Positions 37,790 to 51,000 of a DNA stretch of 64,000 nucleotides are shown here, piece by piece; position 1 is the first letter of the stretch; each line of letters opens with the position of its first letter. The DNA is from Lama glama (taxonomy: Eukaryota): positions 33,854,001-33,918,000 of the forward strand of contig CM052817.1 of assembly GCA_028534125.1 (NCBI GenBank). The letters are read 5' to 3'. The position numbers and the translations under genes are program-made. Below the pieces are notes generated by a model. That model searched no databases. It saw only the letters and a program-made list of their open reading frames with translations, and had not been told where the DNA came from.

Positions 37790-39895
37790 TTCTTTTTTTT
37801 AATGAATATTAGTAAAAAAAAATTTTTGTTCCCATTTGTATGTATATGTATGTCTGTGTAGTGATAGCACTTAAGATCTACTGTCTTAGTAAACTTCAAC
37901 TATACATTACAGTATCATTAACTATAGCCATCATGCTATAGATTCCTAGAACTTACTTATCTTATAACTGGAAGTTTGAATTCTTTGACCAATATCTCCC
38001 CATTTCTCCAAACCCCAGCCTCTGGCAGCTCCTGGTCCACTCTCTGGTTCTGAGTACAACTTTTTCAGATTCCACATGTAGGTGAGATTGTACAGTATTT
38101 GTCTTTCTGTGTCTGGCTTATATCACTTGGCATAATGTCCTCAAGGTTCATCAGTGTTGTTGCAAAAGCCAGGAGTTTCTTCTTTTTTAAGGCTGAGTAA
38201 TATTTCATTATATGTAAATACCACATTTTTCCTTGATTGATTTTATTTAGTTTTTTCATATTTTTAATTGAATGAAAGATTCTTTAAATTCTATAATGCT
38301 TTACAATTTTAAGAAGTTTCACACATGATTTCATATAATCCTATAATAGCCCTTATATACCAGATTTTTTATCTATTCAATCATTGATGGACATTTAGGT
38401 TGCTTCCATATCTTGGCTATTGTGAATATTGCTGCAATGAACATGGGAGGGCAGATATCTCTTCCATATACTGTTTTCATTTTTTTAATATATATCCAGA
38501 TGTAGAATTGCTGGAAGATATGTTAGATCTATTTTAACTTTTTGAGGAAATGCCATACTTTTTTCCATAATGGCTGTACCAATTTACATTTCCATCAACA
38601 CTGTACAAAAATTCCCTTTTCTCCACACTCCTTGTAAACATTTTATCTCTTGTCTTTTTGGCAATAGCTATCCTAACAGGTGTGAAGTGATATCTCGTGG
38701 TTTTGATTTGCATTTCCCTGATGATTATTTATATTGAGCATCTGTTGGTCATTTGTATGTCTTCTTTGGGAAACTGTAAATTCAGATCATTTGCCTATTT
38801 TTTTTTTTTGCTAATGAGTTGTATGGGTTCCTGATATATTTTGGATATTAACTCCTTATCAGATATATGATTTGCAAATATTTTCTCCTATTTGGTAGGT
38901 TGCCCCTTCACTCTGTAGATTGTTCGTTTGCTGTACAGAAGCTTTTTAGCTTGATAGCTTGATGTAGTTATAGTCCCACCTGACTTTCACTTTTGTTGCT
39001 TCTGCTTTTAGTGCCATATTCAAAAAAAAAAAAATCCTTAGTAAGACCAATGTCAAGGAGTTTATCCCCTCTGCTTTCTTTTAAGTGTTTTACTGTTTCA
39101 GGTCTTACAGTCAAATCTTTAATAAATTTTCAGTTAAATTTTGTGAGTGATGTAAGATAATGATTCAATTTCATTCTTTCACATGTGGATATCCAGTTTT
39201 CCTAACACATTTATTGAAGGGACTATCCTTTCTCCACTGCATATTCTTGTTGAAGATTAGTTGATCACATATGTGTGGCTTTATCCTGGGCTCTCTATTC
39301 TGTTCCATTGATCTGAGTCTGTTTTTGTTTCAGTTCCATACTGTTTGATTTCTATAGCTTTACAATATAGTTGAAAATCAGGAAATGCAATGGCTCCAGC
39401 TTTATTCTTTCTCAAGATTGCTTGGCTATTTGGGGTCTTTTGTGGATCCTTAGTTTTTGTTTTGTTTTTTTTTTAGTTCTGTGAAAAATTCTATTGGAAT
39501 TTTTATAGATATTACATTGAATCTGTATATTATTTTGAGTAGTATGGACATTTTAACTACATTAATTATTCCAGTCATGAACACAGGATCTCTTCTCATT
39601 TATTTTTGTCTTCAATTTCTTTCATCAGTGTCTTCTAGTTTTCAGTATGCAGATCTTTCACCTCCTTGGTGAAATTTATTCCTGAGTATTTTTTTCTTTT
39701 TGATGCTATTATAAATGGAATTGTTTTCTTAATTTATTTTTTGGAGGGCATATTTTTAGTGTATAGAAATGCAAATCCACAGCCATTGTCTATATACATC
39801 ACATCTTTATCCAATCATCTATTGATGGACATCTAGGTTGCTTCCATGTCTTGACTATTGTAAATAGTGCTTCTATGAACATTAAGAGGCCTGTA
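37790..39895 (-). mobile_element. L1 (L1MA-like) antisense, decayed ORF2 and 3'UTR, with a small internal insert and a second L1 piece at ~39780-39895
   Basis: ORF 38065..38259 is the L1 ORF2 C-terminus (MWY..IMKYYSALKK..LLAFATT.MNLEDIM); long antisense ORF2 sequence follows. Confidence 0.93.
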
Positions 39896-40454
39896 GTTTT
39901 ATCTGCAGCCAAACCAAGGTAAGTTGACCTACGTCCAGGGGGCATGGATGTGTGTGTCTCCCAGCAGGTCCCTGGTGGAAGAAGGACTATTCCTAGCTAG
40001 TCAGACAAACAAACCAGTGTCCCTGGAACCTTAGGGTGTTGTTCCTTCTGTCCACCAGGCTCTTCGTGCACATACATCTTCTTCCCCCTAGAACCTTCCT
40101 CTTCATCACTGTTATGCTCCCTGCTGGTGGGTGACCTTGCTTCATCACTCAGTGACAAAGAGATACTTTCCAAGTTTATTTCTTCTGCTCCCCGCCCCCT
40201 TCTTCCTTTCTTTTCCCTCCTTACTGACTATCCGACATCTGGTTTCTCTGCTGTCTTCTGAAGTCACCAGTTACCTAGTGCTTTTTTCTCTGCATCTGAA
40301 AAGCCCATCCAACACTTTGCACTCACATTTCTCCCTCTGCCTGGAGCGTGCATTTACGTCATACTGCTAAGAAGCCATCTACACAAGACACGTTGCTTTT
40401 CAGGATAGACTTGACCCGTAATTCTAAATGTGCTGTGGTTTCCTGGCAATGATT

Positions 40455-40692
40455 AGTCACTACCCTTTGCTGAGTGCTAAGGGCCAGAAACTCGTGAGCA
40501 ATGTACACATATTATCTCGTTGAAACCTCACCTAGCCTATGAGGTGGGTACTCTTATCAGTCCCTTCTTGGCAGATGTGGAAAATAGACTCAAATAAATT
40601 AAGGAATTGGCCCAAGAGCACACAACTAGTAAGAGCCAGAGGTGGGGTTCAAACTTAGGGATTCAGACTACAGAAGCCCAGCTCTAACCTCC
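40455..40692 (-). mobile_element. MIR SINE
   Basis: cctatgaggtgggtact...cccaagagcacacaactagtaag...ggggttcaaac. Confidence 0.8.
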
Positions 40693-41689
40693 GGCTCAGT
40701 CCAGCCAGGCCCCTTAGCACAGGGAGCCGCCCTTTCCTGTGTCCTTGTATTTTTGCACTGCGGTTTTCCATCAGGATCCGAGTCAAGTTCCATTTCTATT
40801 ACTTTTGCTCTTACTCTCTCTCCCAAACTGCTTTAATCTCTAAATCCCTGTTACTACATTCCTTCTTCTAACAACTCTGGCTTTTCTAAATATGCCTAAT
40901 ATCATGTCATAATTAAGTTTCTAACCCTAGCTCACATGCCCAAATCCTGAAAGCATCAAAGCAAAGTTGCCTGAGGCAGAGGCAAAAAATGGAAATGCAT
41001 TGTTAGCATTTCAGCAGTGTCGTGGGAGCCCCCCAAAGAACCAAATGCTGTGTGGTGCACAATGACATCACCCAGTTCTCTAGATGGGGTCTGCTGATGG
41101 ACGACCCTTCTTTTAAAAAGGGATATTGTGTTCTCACCGTGAATTTATCCAGAGGTCACTCCCGTGAGGTGACTGCTCTTACAGATTGCTCCTGCCTGGG
41201 AGCCTTCTGCTGGGGGAATGTCAGGCGGTGTTTAAAGCTCACGGGGGAGGCAGGTTTTTAGCCACAATTCTGTAGGCCTGCTCCCAGTGACAACTCTAAG
41301 TGTGTCCTCAGGAAAAGGTCACTGGTTATCATGTCTTCTGCAGACAAGTCTATAGGAAAGAATAAGCCTTGAAGTTCTTTCCAAAGGTCACCCAACTTCA
41401 GGCCTACTTAAAGCCCCTACAGCTGCAGGCCTTCGGCCAAGGACTTTCAGAACACTGGAGGCCATCTGCAACACTCTTGGTAGAGGAAAGGTCTCAGCTG
41501 TCACGGGAGCCCCTGGGAGGAGGCTGGGGAGGAGCCAATCCTCTGGTCAGGATGACCTGTGCTGCCTTGGAACAGAATGCCCAAGGATATCTGTCAGCCA
41601 CCTTGACCTTGCTCAGCTTTCTCCATGCTATGTGAGCATGACTGCATCTTGGGTCCATCACCCTATCCATTCATTCTTCCTTCCTACCT

Positions 41690-41880
41690 TCCAGAAATCA
41701 ATTTCATTTAACAAACATTTATTGACCATCTGCTATAAACAAGCACTCTGCTAGGAACGTGAGGTACATGTGATGGACACAGGTCTGTGATTCCAGCCCT
41801 AGCTGAGAGAGAAAAACAATAAACAAGTAAACATCTAAGTGGTTCATTATAATTAGAAGCATATTTACTAGGAAGTTAAT
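41690..41880 (-). mobile_element. L2 3' end
   Basis: tcatttaacaaacatttattgaccatctgcta. Confidence 0.75.
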
Positions 41881-42843
41881 AAAACATGAGCTTTGGGGTA
41901 AGCTTTGGGATTTCTGGTTTATACAAGCCTCTTCCAAGCCCCCCAGACGCTGTGAGTTCGGGGTGGGGATGGAACACAGGCTGGGAATTTACTGATCAGC
42001 TTACACATTTTTGTAAAGTTTGCAAAAGTAATATATTTTTGTATTCTCTTTCTTTGCATTCTTTTCCTTAGAAGGCTTCCCAAATGTGTAACCTTCGGCT
42101 GGATTACAATGTAAAGAGCTGTGCGTAGATGACCACCTACACACAGAAGCAGAACCTGCATCCCGGCCTTTTGTGGAAAAGTAAATGGGAGACATGTCTG
42201 CCGTTGCTGTAAACAAACCTGTTCTCATTTGCCTATTTTCTTTCACAGTTGCTTCAGGTTTCCTTATATGCAAATAAAACTTGATAACCCTCCTTCTGGG
42301 GTGACAGTGGAACTTCTCCATCATTCTAAAGTTGAATTTAAAAGTAACCATGTGAGCAACTCATTGTAAACTGAACAACTGCCTTTTTAGCCTCTGCCTT
42401 CTTTACACAGAGAGAAAATAGGGAGGGGAAAAAAAAAAAGGTAAGGATGATGGGAAAACAGCATTAATATTCTTCTGAGAACTAGGACCTGAGTGGGCTC
42501 TTTAGGTTGGAAATACAGCTGCAAGAAAGTGTGGGGCAAGCCATGGAGTCAGGACCCAGTGAGGAGGCAGGGCTGGCCCCGGGGTTCCAGGCTGGAAGGG
42601 ATCATGGGAGAGTCCTGCAGAATCTGGCTGGCAGTGACTATCAGGGCGAAGATGGAGACATTCTCATCAGCTCTCCAGCATGGAAGCTGGCTGTGGTCTG
42701 GAAACCTGGGGCTGGGACTTAAAGACTTTGTGAGGGGCTGAGGTGAGTTGGGCAGAAGTTCTTCAGTAGTAAGGAGCTGCTTTCTACTGGAGCAGGTCAT
42801 TTCCACACGGGAAAAAAGCGGGACCACAATAGGCAATGAGTAG

Positions 42844-43020
42844 TGTTATGGGCTGGATTGTGTCCCTGCCAATTCATATGCTGAAGTCCTAACTCGCCAG
42901 TACCTCAGAATGTCACTGTATTTGGAGATAGGGTCTTTAAAGAGGCAATGAAGGTTAAATGAGGTCATTCATGTGGGGCCTAATCTGTTAGGAGTGGTGT
43001 CCTTATAAGAAGAGGAGATT
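42844..43020 (+). mobile_element. MLT1B/C LTR, 5' half
   Basis: tgttatgggctggattgtgtccc...gtatttggagatagggtctttaaagagg...ccttataagaagagg. Confidence 0.88.
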
Positions 43021-43034
43021 TGTAAATAAGCTGA

Positions 43035-43223
43035 TTTGTGTCACTTTTTTAGATTCTACATATAAATGATATATGGTATTTCTCTTTCTCTTTCTGGCTT
43101 GCTTCACTTAGTCTGATGATCTCCAGGTCATCCATGCTGCTGCAGATGGCATTATTTTAATTTTTTTATGACTGAGTAGCATTCTGTTGTATATATTTAC
43201 CACAACTTCTTTATCCAATCATT
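43035..43223 (-). mobile_element. L1 ORF2-end fragment
   Basis: ttagattctacatataaatgata...tttatgactgagtagcattc. Confidence 0.85.
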
Positions 43224-43679
43224 TACCCTACAATTCACCAAAATAACTTTTTGTGAGAGTGAAATCCATCAAGGGAAATACTTCATTCCAACACAGATGT
43301 CCTATTATGAGAAGAGTAACTTAAGAACAGGGAGTACCAGAGACATGACTGATGGCTAGACAGATGATAGATGTATACTGCAGGTGCTACAGGTATATTT
43401 TCCCATTTTGATAATAATATAATTTATTGTGGAAATTTAAGAAACACAGAAAAAACAGGAAGAAAAGCAAATCATGTGCATTTTCACCAGCCACATTTAA
43501 CTATAGTTAACAGTGTGGCATGTATGTGTCTTCCCAGGAGGTAGGGGAAAAGAAAAACCTCTCTCAGAAATTCCAGTATCAAAAGAAAGCAACTTTAGCA
43601 TTTTGTTGTAATTCCTCACAATTTTCCCCCTGTGTTTGTTATAGAGGATTGTGCTTGTACAAAATACATTGATCTGAAG

Positions 43680-45075
43680 ACAGAGTTAATATTCTGAAAG
43701 CTAATGAAAGACAACCATTTGTACTGCCTTTTCTATAAAAACTGTATTTTAAAGTAAACAAATAATTGATGAGGAAAAGTTCTTTTTCATAGAAGCATTC
43801 CTGCTGATAAATAACAGATGGAATGACAGAATTAGAAAATCACCATTACCTTAGGTTAGGCAAAGGATTTTTATACAGGAGATGAAAAATACAAAACATA
43901 AAAGAAAAATATTGATCAGTTATAAACATTTGCTCTTCAAAAGATACTTTAAGAAAAAGGAAACACAGCCATGGACTGAGAGAAATTATTTGTAAAACAT
44001 ACATCTAACAAAAGACTAGTATCTATAATATATAAAGAACTCATAACTCAATAATAAGACAATTAAAATGGATGAAAAATAAAATGGATGGGATAACTAT
44101 AAATGGAGTATAACCTCTAAAAATTGTAAGTCAGTATGTTGTACACCTGAAACTTACATAATATTGTAAATCAACTGTACTTCAATAAATAAATATGTTT
44201 TGAATGGATGAAAAGTTGGACATCTCGAAAGAAGTTTTAGACACACACACACATGTATATGAAAAGCAAATGAACACATAAAAATGCTCAACATCATGAA
44301 TAATTAGAGAAGTGAAACTTAAACTCATAATGTGACTGCACTACACATCCATGAGAACAGCTAAAATTGAGAAGACTACACGTGAGGGTTAGCAAGGATG
44401 GCAAGCGATGGGCACTCTCTGCCACGCAGCTCCGAATGTACAGCCACTCTAGGAAGTACACTGGCCTTTTCTTACTAAGTAAAATATATACCATACCAGT
44501 GACCTAGCAGTTCCTCTCCTGGGTATTTACTCAAGAGAAATGAAAATACATGTCACAGAGATGCATATGCAGATTACCACAGTAGCCTTATTCCTAATAG
44601 CACAAAGAGTAAGCAATCGGAATGTCAATCATCAACAGAAAATAGACTGTGCTGTATCTATAAACAAAATATAGCCTGAAGATAAAAACGAATAAACTAC
44701 AGAGACACACAACAGCATGGCCAAATCTTACAGCATTCTGCTAAGTGAAAGAAGCCAGACAGAAAAGATGACAATTACGAAAACATGAAATTCTGCAAGA
44801 GGAAAATAATAGTGACATAAAGCAGATCAGTAGTTTTTAGAGGCCAAGGCGATTATTGATGGCAAAGAGGCATGAGGGGAGTTTTGGGGTGATAGAACTA
44901 TAACGGTGCTTGATCATGGTGCTGTATATATTCACACATTCGGGGTACTACATATACTGTGTGCTGTATATCCACATGTTATGTTGTGTACGTACACATT
45001 GGCCAACACTCATTGAACTGTATACTTTAAATGGGCGAAATGTGTTGTAAGTATACTGCACTTCAGTTAGCTGAT
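43680..45075 (+). mobile_element. Old L1 (L1MB/MC-like) fragments
   Basis: ccttaggttaggcaaaggatt, gggtatttactcaagagaaatgaaaataca, gctaagtgaaagaagccagac. Confidence 0.85.
44079..44202 (+). mobile_element. Younger L1 3' end nested in older L1
   Basis: tgttgtacacctgaaactt...tcaactgtacttcaataaa; TSD aatggatgaaaa at 44067-44078 and 44203-44214. Confidence 0.85.
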
Positions 45076-45362
45076 CTGACATACCACTCTTTTTTTTTTT
45101 TTACATTTTAAAGATATTTTTGTTGGTCTATGACAGTGACTCATATTTCTGCATCCATATGAATATATAGTTTTTGTGCATTTCATTGACTTTCCTTCCT
45201 TGATATTTTAAAGCATATTTGTGTATCTTGACTGAAGTATCATAGGAAAAATGTTTTTATTTGCAAGAATATGACATATCACTCTTAATAGTCTTGCCAA
45301 AGGGATCAAATCCAAATCTGTTCAAGTCTCTGGGTCCAGCTGCCAGTTTTTAGGAAAGAGAG

Positions 45363-46130
45363 TGTCGTTGAAACACAGCCTTGGTACCCTACTTACCAAA
45401 CAGCGACTTGAGGACAGAGTTTTGGGTGAAGTAGAAGTGGCAGCTTTACTTCTTTGCCAGGCAAAAGAGGTGTCAGTGGGTTAATGCCTCTGAGACTGTG
45501 AACCTGCTTGGGAGAGGAGGCAATGGGTTTTAAAGTAAAAGTTCAAGAATTCAAAGGGCAGAGCTAATTTCCTTAGAGACTGCATATAGGGTAACAAATT
45601 GTTGCAATGTTGTTCTTAGTTTTGCAGATGCAGTGGTCCCTTTCCCTCTGCTGGGTGTGAAGTTCACCTCCAGCTTTAGGATTCTCTTAATGCTCCTGTA
45701 CCTAGACCAAAGGATGCATAAGAAGGGGCTCCATGGAAAAGAGCTCTAGAGAAAAACTTGAGCAGTTTAAAGTCAGGTTGATAAATGCTTTTAGCTTTTT
45801 AAGCAGGCTGAGTCCTGGGGTCGCCTGCTACAGGCTAAAGTCTGCAGCTTGAACAACAGGGTACAAGGAAACCACAAGGGGTCAAGAAGAAGGCACTGGG
45901 GTCAAGAGTAGGGAACTGGGGGCAAGAGCAGGGCACTAAGCATGATCCATGCATGCAGCACCATGAGGGGGTTGGGCAGACCACCCAAGCCCCCCTCCTC
46001 TCCAGCCCAACCCTGGTCAGCAAGAGCATGAGAAAAACCCTTGAAACCATTTTACAGCTAAGCAGTTACAAACATCATTACAGATATCAAATGGTCACAG
46101 ATGATGACAGTAGGGTCCTGCTCAGTTACA
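45363..46130 (-). mobile_element. ERV1-like solo LTR inserted in an old L1 3' region
   Basis: TGT...ACA termini (tgtcgttgaa ... ctcagttaca); gcagctttacttctttgccaggcaaa; the L1 sequence resumes on both sides; TSD not clearly resolved. Confidence 0.75.
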
Positions 46131-46404
46131 ACTGGAGAAAAGAAGATGCTGAGCAGCACCATGATGTACAAGCAACACAGTACAGACTCTGGGATCCTCG
46201 GCAGGGCACACAGTCCAGGTTCTTTAACAGATAAATTATAAGGGGAAAATAGTAATAGAAAGGAAGCCTGTAGATTGAGACTTCGTGACATTCCAAGTTT
46301 AAAAAAATCAGAAAGACTGAACTCTGGCGTCTTGGTTGATGAGACATAAAGAAACATACGAAAGTGATGATTGTAAAAAGCAGGATAGTGATTATATTTG
46401 GAGG

Positions 46405-46778
46405 GTTTGATGGGCTGAATTATGCTCCCCCCAATATATACGTTAAAGTCCTAACCTCCTGTACCTCAGAACATGACTGGATTTGGAGAAAGAGCCTTCA
46501 AAGAGGTAATTACATTAAATAAAGGCTTTAGGGTGGACCCTCGTCCAATATGACTGGTGTCCTCGTAAGAAGAGGAGATTAGGGCACATACACTCACAGA
46601 CACAGGAGAGATCACGTGAGGGCACAGCAAGAAGGTAGCCATCTGCAAGCCAGTAAGAGAGGCCTCTGAAGAAATCAACCTGCCAACACCTCGATCTTGG
46701 ACTTTCAGCCTCCAGAAGTGAGGGGATAGATCTGTGTAGTTTAAACTACTCATTGGGTGGCAGCCCTAGCAAACAAAT
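46405..46778 (+). mobile_element. MLT1B-like solo LTR
   Basis: gatgggctgaatt...gatcttggactttcagcctccagaa...ggcagccctagcaaac; TSD ggagg at 46400-46404 and 46779-46783. Confidence 0.92.
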
Positions 46779-48149
46779 GGAGGGAGACAGGGACTTGCAG
46801 GTGGATGGAGCACAGGTGGGACACTTTGGGGTCACTGACAAAGTTCAATTTCTTATTCTGAGTGGTGGTTACAAGGGTGTTTGCCTTGTAATAATTGTTA
46901 ATCTCTGTATTTGTTTTGGGCAGTTTTCTGTGTCTTTTATTTTCTAAGAAAGGAGTTGAAAACAAAAATGGAAACAGAGATTAGTTGGAAACAAAGATTA
47001 CCTAGGTAACAGGTAAGGCTGGTTTGGACTGGGGCAGGGGGTAGAGGAGTTGGTGAGAAGCGGGGTTGCTTTCTGATGGATTTTTCTAGACTAGGAGGAT
47101 GCAGGAGAGATAGGGGTCAAAATAACTGCCATGGAGGGTGACAGGGTGAAGTTTTACATGACTTGGTTGTGAGCTGGAGATTATTAAAGCTGGGTGATGG
47201 GAACATGGATGTTCGTAACACTATTCTGTCGACTTTTAAATATACTTCAAATTTTTCATGTTAAAAAATAAAATGAGGGAAAGTGCCAGTAAGAAACTAA
47301 AAAAAAAAGTGTCTTTATCATTATTTCCCATAAGTTGTGCCCATTTAATATTTCAGTTGTCGCTTTTTAGGTCAGACTGGTTCTCCTGCATGCATTTCGG
47401 CTCTTGTCTTGGAAGGTTTCTTTGCATCTTATTGAGGATGCTCAGTGAGGTTTTATCATGTTCCTCTGATTCTTATAAATCCTTTTAGAAGGTTAGCTAT
47501 TCCTCTGAGTCTTTAGGATAATCTTATATTTTTCTTCTTCGGCAATATTTGTATAGGCCTCATGCGCCCTACTTTTTTTAAGGTTTCATCTTCAAAGGTA
47601 GGGACTTGCGTGCAGACTGTGTTTTCCAAAAGGACCAGACGTGAGGATGGTCACTGTCTCTGTTCCCTGTTCACCTGGGTACCGGAGCTCCTTCTGAGAA
47701 CTGCAGCTCAAGGCCATGTTTATTCAAAAGAGTCCCAGGCCAGTGCCTGGTGTCTGTTATTCTGGCCCTTTTCAGAGCTGCCAGACCCATATCCCAGCTA
47801 ACACACGTGAACAATTACATGCCTTTTTTGGGCCTTATTTTAGCACCTTAGACCTTGCAATCGCTTCTAATCTGCACAGTTTCTCCCTGATATGTACTTG
47901 GAGACCCCAGACAAGAAAATCTCTCCTTTTTATCCCTAGGTGGTTGCACACAACTCTGAAGCTGAGCAGTGGGGTGGGGCATGAAGCTGAGGGCAGCTTT
48001 TAAGCTGTTCGTGAGGGACTGTCTCACTTCAAACATCACATGATTGCAGGCCGGTACATATGTACGCCGTAGACTGCATCTAGGACAGGCAGCCCAGAGG
48101 GTGATATGCCTCCAGCATCCTCCATCCAGGCACCAGTCATCCCTCATCA

Positions 48150-48285
48150 GACTTTTATTTTATTTTATTTTATTATTTTTGTTTTATTTTATTTTTATTT
48201 TTTATTGAAGTATAGTTGATTCACAGTGTTGTGTTAGTTTCTGATGTGCAGCATAGTGATTCAGTTTTACATATATATATTCTCA
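48150..48285 (-). mobile_element. L1 extreme 3' end with (TTTTA)n tail
   Basis: tttattgaagtatagttgattcacagtgttgtgttagtttc. Confidence 0.88.
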
Positions 48286-48579
48286 AGAGATAAGAGAGAG
48301 GTGGTATTAAAAATATTTAACAGTTGGTATGCCAAGGACATGGATCATGCAGAAGGTGTACTGGCCCTTACCCAGTACCTTGGCCAATGATACTATCTCA
48401 GTACAGTGTGGGTGAGAGCACCTTAGACCCTCAGAACGGGTACAGGAGTTCTCTTCTGGTTGACGTTCACAGTGTCCTGAGTGATGGGAACTTGGCCCAA
48501 GTCCCCCGAGCACCTAGATTTCAGTCCTTGTTCTAGCCTACGTGTCAACCTATGGCTTGCCCCAGTGATTCTCTTCCTT

Positions 48580-48960
48580 GTTGTGGTAGAGACGGCTTGT
48601 CATCTGTACACTCTCCATTGTCCCTTTCTTCTATGGTGTAGAAGTAACACAAGCTGAGAACCTCGTCACCCAGCTAAGGATTACATTTCCCAGCCTCCTT
48701 TGCAGCTATGTGTGTCCATGTGACTAAGATCAACATGAAAGGGATGGATGTGAGCCAAAGCCATGCCCTTAAAAGGAGTGGAACATGCCCTCCTCTCACC
48801 TCACTCTCCCATCTCACTGCCTGGAACGGAGACACGGCTTTGAAAGCTGAGACAGCCATCTCGTCTGCAGGAAGGAATCCAGGAGAGGAAATGCAGAGGA
48901 CTTATAGAAGGGCCTTTGTTCTCTGAAGACTATGGAGCTGCTGTAGCCTTCCCTGGCGGT
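48580..48960 (+). mobile_element. Old ERVL/MaLR-type LTR fragment
   Basis: acatttcccagcctcctttgcagctatgtgtgtccatgtgactaag. Confidence 0.6.
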
Positions 48961-49074
48961 TTCTTCTCTCGCCCCGTATACCACCATTACACTCTCCTTA
49001 GGTGCAGCAAGGTGACTGCAGCATATAAACTACATACCAGTCGGGTAGACACACACACCACAATCCATTTGGCA

Positions 49075-49220
49075 GAAATGAACTTTCATGTGCATATGAA
49101 TCACCTGAAGATCTTGTTAAAATGCAGTCTTACTTCAGTAGATATGCACTGGGGCCCGAAATTCAGCATTTCTAGCAAGCTGTGATGCCAATGCTGGTCA
49201 GACCACACTCTAAGTGAGGG
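49075..49220. mobile_element. MER5A hAT MITE
   Basis: gaatcacctgaagatcttgttaaaatgcag...gaccacact. Confidence 0.85.
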
Positions 49221-49539
49221 TCTAAAGCGCTGACCCTGGTTTCTGAACAGTCCCCCTATTTGCTCCATTTTCAGTCTGCAGGGCCATCCAGGTCTCTGAA
49301 ACAGGGTGCATCTCCCTCTCCCGTCTCCTGCCCACGGTCTGTCAAACACGAGGATCCTTTCTGATGTGGTTCCTTGTCTTACATTGGTTTCTGCACGACA
49401 CTGCCAACTCCGTGTCTGTCTTGGTCTAAAGTTAGGCTTTCCTGCAGAATGAAAGCTTTGTCCAGATATGCAGTCCCAGACAGCAGGTAGTCCTAGACCT
49501 TGGCAGGTAGCATCGGAGAAGTTATTCCCAGGCTAGAGT

Positions 49540-49790
49540 CGTTATCCAAATGCCTCCTTCTCAGGGAGAATTTTCTTTCCAGGCCGTTTTCTCTTAATTT
49601 GCCACCCACCCTGACATTTCCCTGCTTTATTCCATTCCCCCTACCTCTTGCCCTTAACGAACTTATTACCACCTAACATTTTACATGTTCGTTTTATTTA
49701 TTGTCTGTCTTATCCTACTAGGATGTAAGCTAAAATGTATTGGAATGGAATAGAAATAAAATGTATTTGGAGGACGAATGGATGAATGAC
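49540..49790 (+). mobile_element. L2 3' fragment
   Basis: ctaggatgtaagct...gaatggatgaatg. Confidence 0.7.
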
Positions 49791-50479
49791 AGGCAGGTGA
49801 TGCTCATAAACAGAGAAACAGGGGCTGACAGAGATGCCTGCAGGGAAGTGGGATGGGAGATGGAACTCCTGTCTTTGTGGGGTACCAGGCAGGGTACCAA
49901 GGCAGGTCCTCAGACACCTCAAATAGCACAGTGATCTCATAGATAAGACCAGAGCCAAAGATCTGGCTACTCTCCCCCATCACTGCCATTAATCCTCACT
50001 TGTGGAATCTTACTCATGATAGCCATCATCCAGCCTACAACTCTGCAGGATGGATACCATTGCCCCTGTTTGACGGGTGAAGATAGAGACTTAGAGAATG
50101 TAAATATGTATCCAAGAAGCAGAGTTGGGATCTAAATCCAAGACACTAGGGGTTTGATCCGGGAGTTTCAGAGTAAAGCTGGGTCTGCCAGTGAAAGTCA
50201 AATGGCCCTAACTTTCAGGAAAGGAAGAGTGAAGAGGCTGTGACTTGGCGGTGCAAGTATCTTCCTGGGTTCTCCACCTCGGGGATTCTATTCTCATCTC
50301 TCCTCTGACCACTGACCTTGGGCCTCTCTTCCAAGCATCTCCCTCAGGACAGCCTGCTGCTCTTCCTTCTGTGAAACAGACTATTCTAATGACACTAGCT
50401 CCCCACTCACCTTCAACTTTTCACAACTCCATCTGCCAGCAACGTCAGATCACTGAGCCACCTGACAGTCCCCTCCCCT

Positions 50480-51000
50480 TCCATAACCTGACAGAGATGA
50501 AGCAATGACCCACAGGGTGCACACCCCGTCACCCCTCACACTGCCCAATACAGTAGGGGACATCCCTTAATCTGTAATCACTTCAAGTGTCAGCAAATAC
50601 TCGACACAGACGAAAGCATGGCCACTGTTCTTCTGAGGAAGATACTGTGTCAATATCCACTGCTACTCAACTCCACGTGCACACACTGAGTGCCTGCCAG
50701 AGAGCCCGCCTAAGATTCCCGGCCCTGCGGTGGGGTTCGGGGATTGGAGGAGGGAGTCCTTAAAGCTGAGGGAAGGATTTCCGGCTTCTGCTTTGCTCCC
50801 TGCCCCCAAGCTGTTATTAAAGCCTGCACATGTCTTCAAACAGCAGCCACACCTGTGACCTGGCCCTTCTGCCCGGCGAGCGTCTGCCTCTATTATTAAA
50901 GCATCTCGCAATTACAGTGACGGGGAGAGGGCCTGGGCAACCTCAGCCTCCCTCTTTCCGTGAGTGACACAAAATCATGCCTTGTATTTAGAGAGCTCTT
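50480..51000. promoter_or_regulatory. Candidate enhancer / conserved non-coding block
   Basis: Repeat-free; paired TAATC sites (ttaatctgtaatc), repeated tattaaagc, retained CpGs. Confidence 0.35.

Noticed and set aside
38065..38259. ORFs with real protein similarity (also 53481..53863)
   Set aside because: Fragments of the L1 ORF2 C-terminus, not host genes.
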